Below, one piece after another: positions 47,419-58,551 of a stretch of DNA of 64,000 nucleotides. A program made the translations under genes and the position numbers. Positions within the stretch are counted from its first letter, which is position 1; each line of letters begins with the position of its first letter. The notes below the pieces were generated by a model. It saw only the letters and a program-made list of their open reading frames with translations, did no database searches and had not been told where the DNA came from. This DNA comes from Coniocarpon cinnabarinum (taxonomy: Eukaryota): positions 1 through 64,000 of the forward strand of contig JAVECO010000079.1 of the NCBI GenBank assembly GCA_051942205.1. Reading direction: 5' to 3'.

Positions 47419-50400
47419 ATGTCACCCATGGACGACACCGGATCCGGCATTGCTGCACATCTACTCCGGTGGATCAACACGTTTGATTTTGCGCGTTCGG
47501 TGACATCCTATCGGGATCTTCAAGATGGAAGAATATTGTGGAAAGTCCTCAGCGAAAACGACCCAGATTACTTTCATGGAGAACTACCAGAACCAAACGC
47601 TTCAACAGCGGACAATTGGATCCAGCGATGGCAGAACCGTAAGTCGCGAGCCACACGCGCTATCATTGCAGATAGGCGGCTGGGTACCCGGGCTAAACAT
47701 AATTTACTTGCCGCAGTCAAGCAAATCGAGAAGCTCGTTACCACCTTCATCCGAGACGAGAGGGAGAAGCTACCCGAAGTGACCAAGCGCATGACTCCTG
47801 ATCTGAAGGCTGCTGCAATCGATGGCAGTAGCGAAGATTCTGTGCAGGTGAGTGAATCGTTTCGTGGCATGCGCAGCCAGCTAGCTCATGCGACATACCA
47901 GCTGCTCAAGCTCATCTTCCTCGCGGCAATATACTCACCCCATTCAAATCAACGAACCGTCCAGAAACTCTCTGCTCTTGGACCCGCTGCTTCAACCGAG
48001 ATTGCGCAATGGATACAGAACTTGGAGCTGCAAGATCAACGCTTAGTGGATACGGCTTCGCAAGGACCAAGCTCTGATGCAGGCATGCTGAGTCCAAATC
48101 GGGGTGGTGCTTCACCTGAGCCAGAAATGCCTCGCGATCGTGATCTGATGTGGGAAGAGCAATTGATAAGCGCAAAGTCAACAATCAATGCACAGCGCGA
48201 AAAGATAGAGAACTTGAATCAAATTCTAAGTCAACGGAAGAAGGAGCACATGGCCGCAGAGGAAGAGCTCAATGAGCTGCGTGCACGCACAGAGCAGGGC
48301 GGCACATCAACTACAAGCGACGAAGTTGTCGAGCAGTTGCGCAAGAAGACTGCAGAAGACCGCGACTACATTGAAGAAATAGAGTCCGAGAATCACTCCC
48401 TCCGTGAACGTAACGAGGACATGGAAAGCAAGGTAGCTCGATACAAAACTGATGCTGATCAGAAGACGAAGCTGCGCGACGAGCTGCAAATGATCAAGGT
48501 TGAGCGCGACGACTATGCGCAGAAAGCGAAAGCGGCCGAAAATTTGCGTAAAAAGATACAGACGTTGCAGGAGTCCGACAAAAGCAATGCTACATTGCGG
48601 GAAGATCTTGAATCGGCGCAAGAGGAGCTCAGAGGTCTGCAACGGCTGAAAGACAAGAACGCCGCGATGCAACGAACGATTGAGGAGAACCAAAAGACTA
48701 TTGCAAATGGAGAGCAAGAGATATTTGATATCAAAACGACTCGAAGGCGCATCGACCAAGATATGAAGTACTATCAGCAACGGCACGAAGCTTCAAAAGA
48801 CCGGATGGCTCGGGATGCCGAGGCCATTGCAGAGCTTGAAGAGAAAATTCGCGATCTTGAGTCAGGCCGAGACTCTTCGACCACCAACATTGACACATTG
48901 GATGACGATATATCGTCGACTGATAAGACACATTCCGAGCTGCGGGCCAGGCTTGCAGAACTTGAAAAAGAGAACAAGCAACTGAAGCAAAGCGTTAGGG
49001 AAAAGGCTGTGCCAGACACTGATGGTGACATTACAACTGGTGAAAGCGTCTCAAAGCATGCGCTCGAGCTCTTGCAGCAGCGATATTTGAGCGTCGAAAG
49101 ACAGTACCTCGACACTTACCAAGAAAACCTGGGCTTGGACGCTGCGCTTAAAAGTGCGGATCCCTCAGTGGTAGAGTCTCGACCGTTCATTGAAATTCGT
49201 AATCGGCTCCATGATACTGCTAGAAAGCTTGATCAGTCTGAACGACACGTGTTTGAAATTGAGGGTGAGCTTGCTGAAAAGCAGCTTGCCTTAGAGACTG
49301 CCGATGGCCGTCTTGCGTCTCTCGGCACAAACGAGACTGCTGCGGCCGCAGAAGTTCGAAAGTCTGTAAGCGCTGAGGGCGAGTTGCTGCGAAAAGAGAT
49401 CGAGCGACTGTCCACTCGTGCTCAATCTCTACAGATCCAGCTGGATGAACGGAATAGCTTGCTTCGACACGCCCTTTCGGATCAGGGACGACTCCTCAAA
49501 GACGATGAAGAGCTGCGAGCTGCCAATGAAACCCGGTTTGTGCAAGATTTACTCACACAGCACAAGACGCGTGACGACCCTAGCGAGGAGGAGCTGGTGC
49601 TCAGCTTGGCCCAACGTATTGAAATCGGTCGAAAGAAGGTCAAAGAGGTGGAAGACATGGCCAAACAGGTGAGTGATAGGCACTGTCTCCTTCCGCCCTC
49701 ACATCCTCAAGAGAAGAAACCGTCATCTTTGCGTTCCAAGCAGCACAAAACGTCGAGCAGTAATTCTCTTGCGCCGTTCACAATAGCGCAAAGCGTCAAG
49801 AAACCCGAGACCAACAATGGTGCCAACCATCGTGGTGCGAGCTCGTGTGGCAGCACTCAAAACTTTGTTAGCTCAGGTTTTGGACCTCAAAAATCCCCTT
49901 CAAAACCTTCCGTCTTGCAAGCTTTCGCCGCTTCACTTTTGTCAGTTGGAGCAGGCGGCACTTCACATGCGTCAAAGGGAGCCTCCAAGGCGAAGGGTCG
50001 AAAAAGCAAAGAAAAAGACTCAGGCTTGCGCCCACTCATAACTTCCAATCCCTCAAATATGCGCATCCTGGGCATCGTTCCCAACGGCCGACCTCCATCC
50101 TCCACCCCAAAGCGTCCAACGGCTTCTACAAAGCGCCAGACCGCTTCTGTTGATCCGGGACCGCGTCACTCTCACGCCTGGTGGCTGCATGCCGACTCGC
50201 CATCCTGTGTCGCGGATGCAGCTCCTCAGGCGGCGCCTGTGGAGACCAGGGATCCATTGGCGCCAACTGTTCCTGTTATGCCTAAACCTCTGCCTGCGGC
50301 GCACACGGCGTTTCCACCGAGAGACGATTCTCTTCGAATTGGCGTTGTACCGTCAGGCAAGCCGGTTGTGCACCACGCGCAGACACTCGCCGCGCTCCAT

Positions 50401-50911
50401 GGCTGTGTGTACTCGCCGTCAGTGTACTCGGATCGGGGCTCATGACTTGATGGCATCTGAGCAGCATGGCGCCATGACGCCTCTACCGCAAAGCATAGCC
50501 AAGTCGTCAGGATCCATCGTAAATGTTGATGATGCGCTTGTAAGGACACATCACTGTCCTGGTCACCCTACTGACCACAATATTTGCAGGAGCGCGTCGA
50601 TCTCACTTCACAGCTTGAGACTCTCCAGCTTCGTCTCACTCGAGCAGAAAAAGTGGCGAAGAAGAAAGGCACCAGTGATGGTGACGGTAAGTTTAGTGAG
50701 AATGTGCAGAGGGAGTTGGCGCTCATGACGAGCGCGTGGTATGGTACGTATAGCTACATACATTCTTGGGTGCAATAGTGGAAGAAGATGACTAATGAGC
50801 ACAACAGACCTGAGTGGGCGACTGCAAAGTGACGCCGTTATCGTGCAAAGACGGCAAGAAGGCATGCCGAGGAGCTTTCTAGGCAGACAACGAAGGAGAG
50901 TCCTGGGCTGA
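47419..50911 (+). CDS. hookA: Hook-family dynein/early-endosome adaptor (HookA/Hok1-like)
   Basis: The N-terminal Hook domain (LLRWINTF..DLQDGRILWKVL..DPDYF) is followed by a long coiled coil. After introns at 49669-50589 and 50744-50807 comes the Hook-type C-terminus RELALMTSAWYDLSGRLQ..PRSFLGRQR. Confidence 0.85.
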
Positions 50912-51291
50912 TGTAGTAGGTCAGCTGCGGTGTGAGCAGGAGGAGGCGCAGGCAAACGTGAAGTGTACAGGTTGCATTGGGCGGCGTTGTAAGTGGGCTT
51001 GCGTACAGAGAATGCTTGGACAAGAGATACCCTAAAGGAACTGCATGCACGGCGTTATGTACATGAGATAAACGAAATAGGACGCGTGAACCTGAATGCA
51101 GACCACGAACTCCGTGAACGAGTGACATTGCCTCCGTCTATGATATGCTGGTAACAATGCTTCCCTTGCGTGATGCCCATAACAAGCTGGTCTAGCTAGC
51201 GTCATTGCAGCCTTCTTATGATTTGCTGCACCATTGCCATATCCCCTCCTGGACACAAGACCAGTGTTGTCGCTTCTCGACTGCAAGCGAC

Positions 51292-53748
51292 TTACTCATC
51301 ACCAAATTTCCACACCCCATCGTCTCTCAACGCCTCCCGCCACCGCTCCCTCACCATCTCCCTCCTCATCACCTCCGCCTCCTCCCCTTCACGTCCCCTC
51401 TCCTGCGTATTGGGGAAGTCCTCATTCCAAAACCCCGGCGGCGTCCTCCGCCTCTGAAACCGCTGCCGATGCTTCCCATGTCTCTGCGCCAATTCCGCCG
51501 CCCTCGCATCCAATATCATATCCCTCCTCTCTTTCCCACTCAGATTCTTGGCTCGCTGCTGTGCCCATGGTCCCCCACCCAGAAAATTCACAAGAAGCTG
51601 GTGCTCAGCGTGTGCTAGGTCGTTCGAGGGGCCCTCAGAATCGAGAGAGATTGCATAGTGCATTTCTGCGAACTTGCGCCAGTAGCCGCCGCAGCAGTCA
51701 GGATCGGTGCACCCTGGGCGACAAGCCTTCTCGGAGGCTTTGCGGAGCGTTTCGTGATAGGCGAAGGATTCGTTTGAGTTGGCATCGGGGTTAATCTTGA
51801 AGTCGGCGAGAGTGAGGCGGGATGGGGAGAGGCTGCGGAGGGGCACGCCTGGATAGCGGCTGGTTGGGCGAGAGGGAGGATTGTTTGCATGGCGTGAGCG
51901 AGGAAGGGTAGCAGGCGTTGGTGCAGTGGGTGCAGCGTTGACATCTGGCTTGGTGCACCTTGTTAGCGCAGGCGCTGTTCGCGGCGTGCGGAGGGATTGC
52001 GGGTCAAGTGCTTGACGTTCTAGGTCGATCACGGTGACTGCATGCTCCTTGTTAGTGACATTGGCAGTGCCTTCTCTGCTTTTTGGAGGTCCTCGCGGAG
52101 TGTAGAGCGCCCGTTCATCGCTTGCGGCATCGAAAGCTTTGGTGTTGTGATGCGCTCTCGTGTTTCCAGGCGATTGCACGACGTGCGTGTTAAGCGACGT
52201 CGGCCCCTCCAAAAGTGCTTGAAGTCGGGGCTGTGCTACTGCTGTGTGCTTTGTCTTCCTCGTCTTGCTGCCGAAGCTTTCACCATCCTCAGCAAATTGT
52301 TTGATATCCGAGTCCTTATTTAAACGACGCTTCTTAGACATCGTAGAGCGGGCTGACCGCGGAAGGACTTGCTGATTCGCGTCGATTGGGGACAAGACAT
52401 CTGTGGACTGCTCCTGAGGTTTGCAAGCGTTAGTCAGAGTTTGGTCAATGAACAGTCTGAAAAGGTGAGAGAATCTCCAACTTACCGTTCCCAATGGCTT
52501 TGACTTTAGCTCGTCAGGTATTGTTTCGTGAAAAGAGATCCGCAAGGCATCGTTCGATCTACTTGCTTCGACTGTTGGCATATCATGAGGCAAGCTTTCA
52601 GCTCGATCATAGCTGAGATTTGACGCCATACGATGTGACATTCCATTAGCTCGCCGAACGTTCTGTGCTCGTTCAAGACGTCTGCGCTTTCGAGGCGTAA
52701 TGATGGTAGTTTCCTCGTCAAGATCTCCTGTCCCTTGCTGGCGTAGTTCCGGCATCGCGTGGATCGCTGCATCACGAGACCCATCGCTCTCTTCCTTTAC
52801 CAAAAGCGGCTGCTCGTGGGTGCCTTCACCATCTGCTTCGAACGGCCTTGTTTTCTTGACTTCTGCACGTCGCCTAGCCACTGGCCTTTCTAACATTACT
52901 TGCGGGGGTGAGCTGTCAGGCAGTGCACACTCATCATTTGTTTGAGCTCCGCCTTGCTTATTGTGTGAACAGTCGTCCTCAGTGGTCTGACTTGAAGCAA
53001 CAACGAATCCAAGTTCAGGAGGATAAGAATGCTTCGACCTTTGCAGCTCTTCAGACTCTCCAATGCCTAATTGCTTCGAGCCAATGTCAAGATAGCCTCG
53101 AGCGCCCGCTGGCATCTGGTTGACCTCAATCGCCGCTTCGGCTGCATCCTGTCCAGGTTCAACTTCAGGCGAGCGCACGTTGGCAAATGCATCTCTTGCG
53201 ACGCCACATGGCCCTCGCGCCTCCGAAATGGGAGTTGGCAACCTTGGCACGCTTGGACTGCTTAATCCAAGCGCAAACCTCGCTTCGGTGTTCCGAGACT
53301 GCTTCGATTGTGGCGACAATGCGAATCTTTGAGTTCTCTCCCATTTTTGCCATTGGCGAATTTTATCTTTGTTCTGCCTATACTTAGTTTCCCAGTATTC
53401 TGCCGCTTTCTTGTATTGGGACGCTTGCTTATTAATGTTACTATGTTTTCTGCTAAGCTCGGCGTGCCGCTGTATAAATTCATCGCGTTCTTCACGAAGC
53501 CGTGAGCACAAGTCATTCAAGTCTTGAATTTGTCTGCGCTGCCTCGCAATCACGTCGCTTTTCACTCGCGCATCTTCTTGCGCACTTGATGCCTCATTCA
53601 GTTTTTGAATGCGATCAAGGAGTTCACGCTTTTCCCTTTCGTGCATCTCATCATATCGAAGACGCTCCTCTCGTACTTCGCTGAAGACTTGAGCACAGGC
53701 TCGACTAATGCGCTCTTCGATAGACGCGGCGTCGTCATGAGATGTCAT
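51292..53748 (-). CDS. SAE2: DNA end-resection factor Sae2/Ctp1/CtIP
   Basis: N-terminal coiled coil. The C-terminal SAE2 domain has CRPGCTDPDCC and HGKHR..TPPGFWNEDFP. There is a probable in-frame intron near 52415-52485. Confidence 0.88.
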   Translation of the reverse strand: MTSHDDAASIEERISRACAQVFSEVREERLRYDEMHEREKRELLDRIQKLNEASSAQEDARVKSDVIARQRRQIQDLNDLCSRLREERDEFIQRHAELSRKHSNINKQASQYKKAAEYWETKYRQNKDKIRQWQKWERTQRFALSPQSKQSRNTEARFALGLSSPSVPRLPTPISEARGPCGVARDAFANVRSPEVEPGQDAAEAAIEVNQMPAGARGYLDIGSKQLGIGESEELQRSKHSYPPELGFVVASSQTTEDDCSHNKQGGAQTNDECALPDSSPPQVMLERPVARRRAEVKKTRPFEADGEGTHEQPLLVKEESDGSRDAAIHAMPELRQQGTGDLDEETTIITPRKRRRLERAQNVRRANGMSHRMASNLSYDRAESLPHDMPTVEASRSNDALRISFHETIPDELKSKPLGTVSWRFSHLFRLFIDQTLTNACKPQEQSTDVLSPIDANQQVLPRSARSTMSKKRRLNKDSDIKQFAEDGESFGSKTRKTKHTAVAQPRLQALLEGPTSLNTHVVQSPGNTRAHHNTKAFDAASDERALYTPRGPPKSREGTANVTNKEHAVTVIDLERQALDPQSLRTPRTAPALTRCTKPDVNAAPTAPTPATLPRSRHANNPPSRPTSRYPGVPLRSLSPSRLTLADFKINPDANSNESFAYHETLRKASEKACRPGCTDPDCCGGYWRKFAEMHYAISLDSEGPSNDLAHAEHQLLVNFLGGGPWAQQRAKNLSGKERRDMILDARAAELAQRHGKHRQRFQRRRTPPGFWNEDFPNTQERGREGEEAEVMRREMVRERWREALRDDGVWKFGDE

Positions 53749-53893
53749 CCTCTTCTGATCATTGCAAAGGCAAACGTACTACCTTGCCGCTGCACAATAT
53801 CGGTAGGTATCACGAGTCCCGACCGCCCATGCTTTCTTCTTAGCAGGTGTGGCGAAAACACAGTAAAGAGAGTTTCTTTTGTGAATTTCTCAA

Positions 53894-54083
53894 ACGCGAC
53901 GATATTGACGGACGAACCACGCACTGTCGGAACTTCAAACTTCAGTGAAAGTATCTCTAGCAAGAGTCCGGGCCAGTATACTATCGGTTGCTGAAAAGTT
54001 ATGATAATGGTTACGATTATGGTCATTGGGAAAGACAAGGATTGCACGCGCGCCTGACGCGCGGTCAAACGCGGTAGCACGTG
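53894..54083. promoter_or_regulatory. Cluster of MCB-like ACGCG elements plus CACGTG in the SAE2/F-box divergent promoter
   Basis: ACGCG at 53894, 54046, 54057 and 54069; CACGTG at 54078-54083. Confidence 0.55.
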
Positions 54084-54130
54084 ATCAGCCGGTCGATCCT
54101 CGCCATTAGTCTAGCCTTATAGAGACCTAG

Positions 54131-55843
54131 ATGAATATCTTTGAGTACCGAGATGGCAACCCACCCTTTCCTGATGTAATAAGCGCAAATGCTCGTCCAT
54201 CAGATATGCCCAAGAGAAGATGTAGCTGGACTCAAGATGGCGATGATTTGCCTAAGCGACTCAAAACAGGTCACTGCCGTCTCGAAAACCTCAGCGACGA
54301 GCTACTCCTCCGCATTCTGTCTCTTTTGCCAGTCCATGAGCTTGCTTCATGTCAATATCTTTCAAGGAGGATGAGAAACATGGCTGGCGATGCAGAGCTC
54401 TGGAAACAAGCGTACTTCGAACATTTTGTGCAGCCTCGACTTGCCCGTGCATGCCGATACAAGCGTCGTCAACACCGATCCTTATCTATACGTCGCTTCA
54501 ACCCTAAAAATTGGGTGGACGAGGAAGACCTCGTTCGCCATGGCTCGCGCAGAGACTGGAAGCATCGGTTTAAGATTCGGTACCGCTGGTCAAAGGGGCT
54601 TTGCGATCTGGACGAGATTCCAGTTGCAGAGAGTCCTCCAATTCCTCGAGTTTTGGCGCGCATGTCACACGGTGTCATACACACAATAGATTCAGATCAC
54701 GGCCTGAGAGCATGGTCGTATAGGAATCCACGGAAGATGCTCGCCTCGCAGGCACTGACAATCGATCCGCAAATTTCGCTGCCTCGCAAGCCTACAGCAC
54801 TAGCTGTTGAACAGTCCAGCAAAATGCCTCATGTACAATACATTGTCACCGGGTTTGAAGATGGATCGTTGCAGTGTAATACGTTCGATCGAGACAGCGA
54901 CAGCTATGCGCTAACTCACTCGGGCAGTGCCTCAGCAAATGGTTCACTCATGGGCCTCGCGCTTTCTGATACGCATCTGGCCACCCTGCACAGAAACCAA
55001 ACACTGGCTTTCTATGAACACAAGCAGCCAACGCTAGGTGCACCAGTGGGCAAGCAGCCACTCGTACCAAGATTGCTTACGACCTTACGATCGCGCTCCA
55101 TACACTTCCCGCTATCAATGTCCATACGCAAAGCTCCCTCAGCGGCAGTGGTCGCACTAGCTTACAGTTCACCTACGTTGGTCTCTGGATGGTCTCCGGC
55201 ACTTCAAGAATTGCATTTCACAAGCGACGGGGTCCTGCAAGATTCGCGACTCGCGTTTCCGCCTCCTGACCTTTCCGATACCTTGACCCGTGGCGCGCAA
55301 TCTCGTATCAGCGCAGCGGATGACACCGAAAACAGTCGAGATGCGGCAAGACCAAGCTCAATATGCTACTCTCATCCGTACTTGTTGACGACCCATGCGG
55401 ACAACACTCTGACCATTTCAATGGTCATGTCGACAGAGGAAGGCGTGAAGATGTCCCGCAAAACCAGGCTCTGGGGCCATACCTCATCCGTGTGTGGCGC
55501 TCAGGTCGAGTCGCGAGGTCGGGCCGTTTCTGTCTCTAGTCGTGGGGTAGAGATTCGGATCTGGCAACTTGAAGGCGCTGCGTTGCCGAATAACACGGGC
55601 CTCTTTGAGCTAGAGCAAAGCAGCATTCTGCTGACACCAGAAAAGAAACAATACTCATCGTCGGCCGATCAGCAGATCGTTACGCGTCCGCGTCCGCGGG
55701 AAGTCGAGCCTCCGTTTCAGCACCGAGGCTGTGCCAAGGAAGCCATCACTCGGGGATGGGTAGGGTTCGACGAAGAGAATGTGGTGGTGCTCAAAGAGCA
55801 CTTGCCCGGAGACCAATTACTTGCGGTCTACGACTTTTCCTGA
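54131..55843 (+). CDS. F-box protein with a C-terminal WD40-like beta-propeller (alternative start 54206)
   Basis: F-box LENLSDELLLRILSLLPVHELASCQYLSRRMRNMAGDAELWK; WD-like LWGHTSSV..VEIRIWQLE. Confidence 0.85.
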   Translation: MNIFEYRDGNPPFPDVISANARPSDMPKRRCSWTQDGDDLPKRLKTGHCRLENLSDELLLRILSLLPVHELASCQYLSRRMRNMAGDAELWKQAYFEHFVQPRLARACRYKRRQHRSLSIRRFNPKNWVDEEDLVRHGSRRDWKHRFKIRYRWSKGLCDLDEIPVAESPPIPRVLARMSHGVIHTIDSDHGLRAWSYRNPRKMLASQALTIDPQISLPRKPTALAVEQSSKMPHVQYIVTGFEDGSLQCNTFDRDSDSYALTHSGSASANGSLMGLALSDTHLATLHRNQTLAFYEHKQPTLGAPVGKQPLVPRLLTTLRSRSIHFPLSMSIRKAPSAAVVALAYSSPTLVSGWSPALQELHFTSDGVLQDSRLAFPPPDLSDTLTRGAQSRISAADDTENSRDAARPSSICYSHPYLLTTHADNTLTISMVMSTEEGVKMSRKTRLWGHTSSVCGAQVESRGRAVSVSSRGVEIRIWQLEGAALPNNTGLFELEQSSILLTPEKKQYSSSADQQIVTRPRPREVEPPFQHRGCAKEAITRGWVGFDEENVVVLKEHLPGDQLLAVYDFS

Positions 55844-56611
55844 CAGGCAGGGTCTTCTCGGCTCAAGCCCTAGCGGGCCTTGGGGCCACAAGACCGCGGG
55901 CAGGGACCTGGGAGCCGACAAGGGTCTTGGACAGAAGTCGTTGACGGATTCCACATTTCCGCCTCACTCATTGGCGGCGCTTTCGTCCGAGCAGGGAGAC
56001 TCCAGGTCAAGGGCATTATTTGGGCAGCCAGAGCTGCGAGTGCGACCGCGAAAGCGCCTTTCCCCATGCAGAGCACCGCATCGCGCTGTAGCAAGCACCC
56101 TTATCCGGGGTCCCTGGCAACAGATGACATATATCAGCTCCCCGGAGACTTGTCGACCGGCGTCGAGAGGATGACGTCTGCCTGTCTCGACCGTTCGCCG
56201 CTCGCCAAAGTCTATGAACCGTCGGCTGTAGGCGGTGCGGCATTTGCTCTGGATGTCTGACAAGCAGATCCAAAGTGTGGCTTAGCAGCGCCGCAATTGC
56301 CGCATTGGGCCTATACTAAATTCTTTGTGGTCTAGGCGATTCTCGCCAGCCACAGGCCTTTAGATTTAGTGCAAGCGAGTGTGGATCTCAAGAAGTACGT
56401 CGAACCAAGCTTTCCTTACTCACTCTCGGCGCTGCATAAATTCACCATCTGACGCATCTCCTGCGCTTCGACTGTCCCCCATTCCGCAAAGGACAAGTCG
56501 TCTTGCATTGCGCATCTCTTGCCGGTCACGCACCTCCACAAATTACAGCAGACCGCTCCAAAGCCCTCAAATTTGCCACTGCGAGGTGCACTTACTTAGC
56601 CCGATTTCGCA

Positions 56612-57418
56612 ATGGCTTTTCAGCAGCCAATGGGCGGCGCCGGCCGTGGCGGATGCTACAATTGTACGATATTTACCTTGTCTCACAAACTTGGTCGTGC
56701 CTTCTGAGCAACATGGCATACTTTACACCGCTACTTTGCTTCCGCTCGTCCACTGACCAAGACTACCCTTTCTAGGCGGCGATACTTCGCATCAAGCTCG
56801 CGACTGTCCGTCGAAAGGCAATCCCACCTGTTACAATTGCGGAGAGGTGGGCCACCTGAGTCGCGAGTGCACCCAGCCTCAGAAAGAAGGCAACGTGCAG
56901 ACATGTTACCGTTGTGGGCAGCCCGGACACCTTGCGCGCGAGTGTCCCCAGGCGCCCACCATGGGCGGTGGAGGCGCTGGCGCAGCAGGGCCTGGCGCCA
57001 TGGGTGGCCAGGAATGCTACAAGTTCGCAAAGCTGGACGCGCAGCACTCTTGAGCTTCTTGCTAACAGTGTCCAGATGTGGTAAAGTCGGTCACATCGCA
57101 AGAAACTGTCCGACCAATACTGGGTTCGGCGGTGGATTCGGAGGCGGCGGGTACGGTGGAGGTGGCATGGGACGTGGAGCTGGCACACAGTGCTACACTT
57201 GTGGAGGATACGGTCACCTCAGTCGCGACTGCACCCAGGGACAGAAATGCTACAATTGTGAGTTCGCGCGTCGGTAAGACACAGAAGCAATGCTGACTCT
57301 CGCAACAGGTGGTGAAGTGGGCCACGTCTCCCGTGATTGCCCATCTGAGGTCACCAACGAGCGTGTCTGCTACCGGTGCAAGCAGCCTGGTCACGTCCAG
57401 GCCAGCTGCCCGAACTGA
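56612..57418 (+). CDS. byr3: CCHC zinc-knuckle RNA-binding protein (Byr3/Gis2/CNBP family), 7 knuckles with a Gly/Arg-rich linker
   Basis: Spliced: [86 protein letters not shown] and [16 protein letters not shown]. Confidence 0.9.
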
Positions 57419-58551
57419 TCAAATGCCGTTGGCCCCTTCCAACACTCACGAACTGACAACGATCTAATCATCTAAATCATCTTCAGCCTATACTGTTGCC
57501 GATTGTTGCAGATGGATGGTTCAAGAGAAGCGATATTGGACTGACTTGCGGAGACGAGGAGGGCAGCGTTGAGAAGATCGGCAGAGAACGTCACTGAGGG
57601 GGTTGTATTAGTACATCTATCGTATCGCAGCAGGGCACACGCTAAGACTGTTGACCAGCACGTGTGCTGCAGGCGTCGGGCGCGGGATGCACAGTGCGGC
57701 ATATTCGCTTCGCGAAGAGACTGACGGAGGATATCTGACGGGTAGAAAGACCGTTGTCACGACGGTCAAGAAAATCTGGGCTTAGGCTTGCAAAAAAAGA
57801 TAATTTGCAATGTACACTTTAAAGCCATCGACTGAGTGCTCTCCCATGCTCTTCGTGTGCCCTGTTCTGTGTGCAGAGAATTCTTGCACATCTGTTTGTC
57901 AAAAGCGGCGTACACCTATGCAGAAGCGCAGGCATGCTGGTCAGCTACCTGAGTACTGGAAAGGTTCAATGACAGTGGAATGTTTCGCGCAGGGGCATCC
58001 CCAAGCAGATTGCAAGGACGGCCACGAGTCAAGGGCATCGTACGTCTCATTCTCAGACGGGAAGGCTGCAGCCGTCCGAGGGTCGTCGTCGTCAGCCCAA
58101 GCTTGGCTGATCCAGGATGATTCTCGCAAGCCTTCTCTATAGGCGCTTCGTCCCTTCGAAGAGACGGGCAGACCGTTTTTGACAGAAGCTTCTTTGCGAG
58201 ATTGATCGGGTCTGACCTGATAGATACGAGGGTGCCAAGACTGGCGGATCATCGTCTTCTCCACACTAAGGGATTGGCGTATCGACGTCGTAACACGGCC
58301 TTGCTCTTCGCTGCTCGCCGACATTGTGACGCAGTCCAGGACCACGACTTCCACTATCTCAAGTCTCCTGCAGCGTCTGTCGTTCGCTGTCATTGAACGA
58401 GGGCTCGCGCTAGCCCTAGTGCCCTCTTCGCTACACTCCTTCAAGAGGCCGCCGCGACCCGCTCACATTCCCTCGAATTCATCCAGACTGCGTCTGTGTG
58501 TTCAGTTCACGTTCAGCGCAGGGCCCGACATGTTACTCGGAGGGCGATAAC

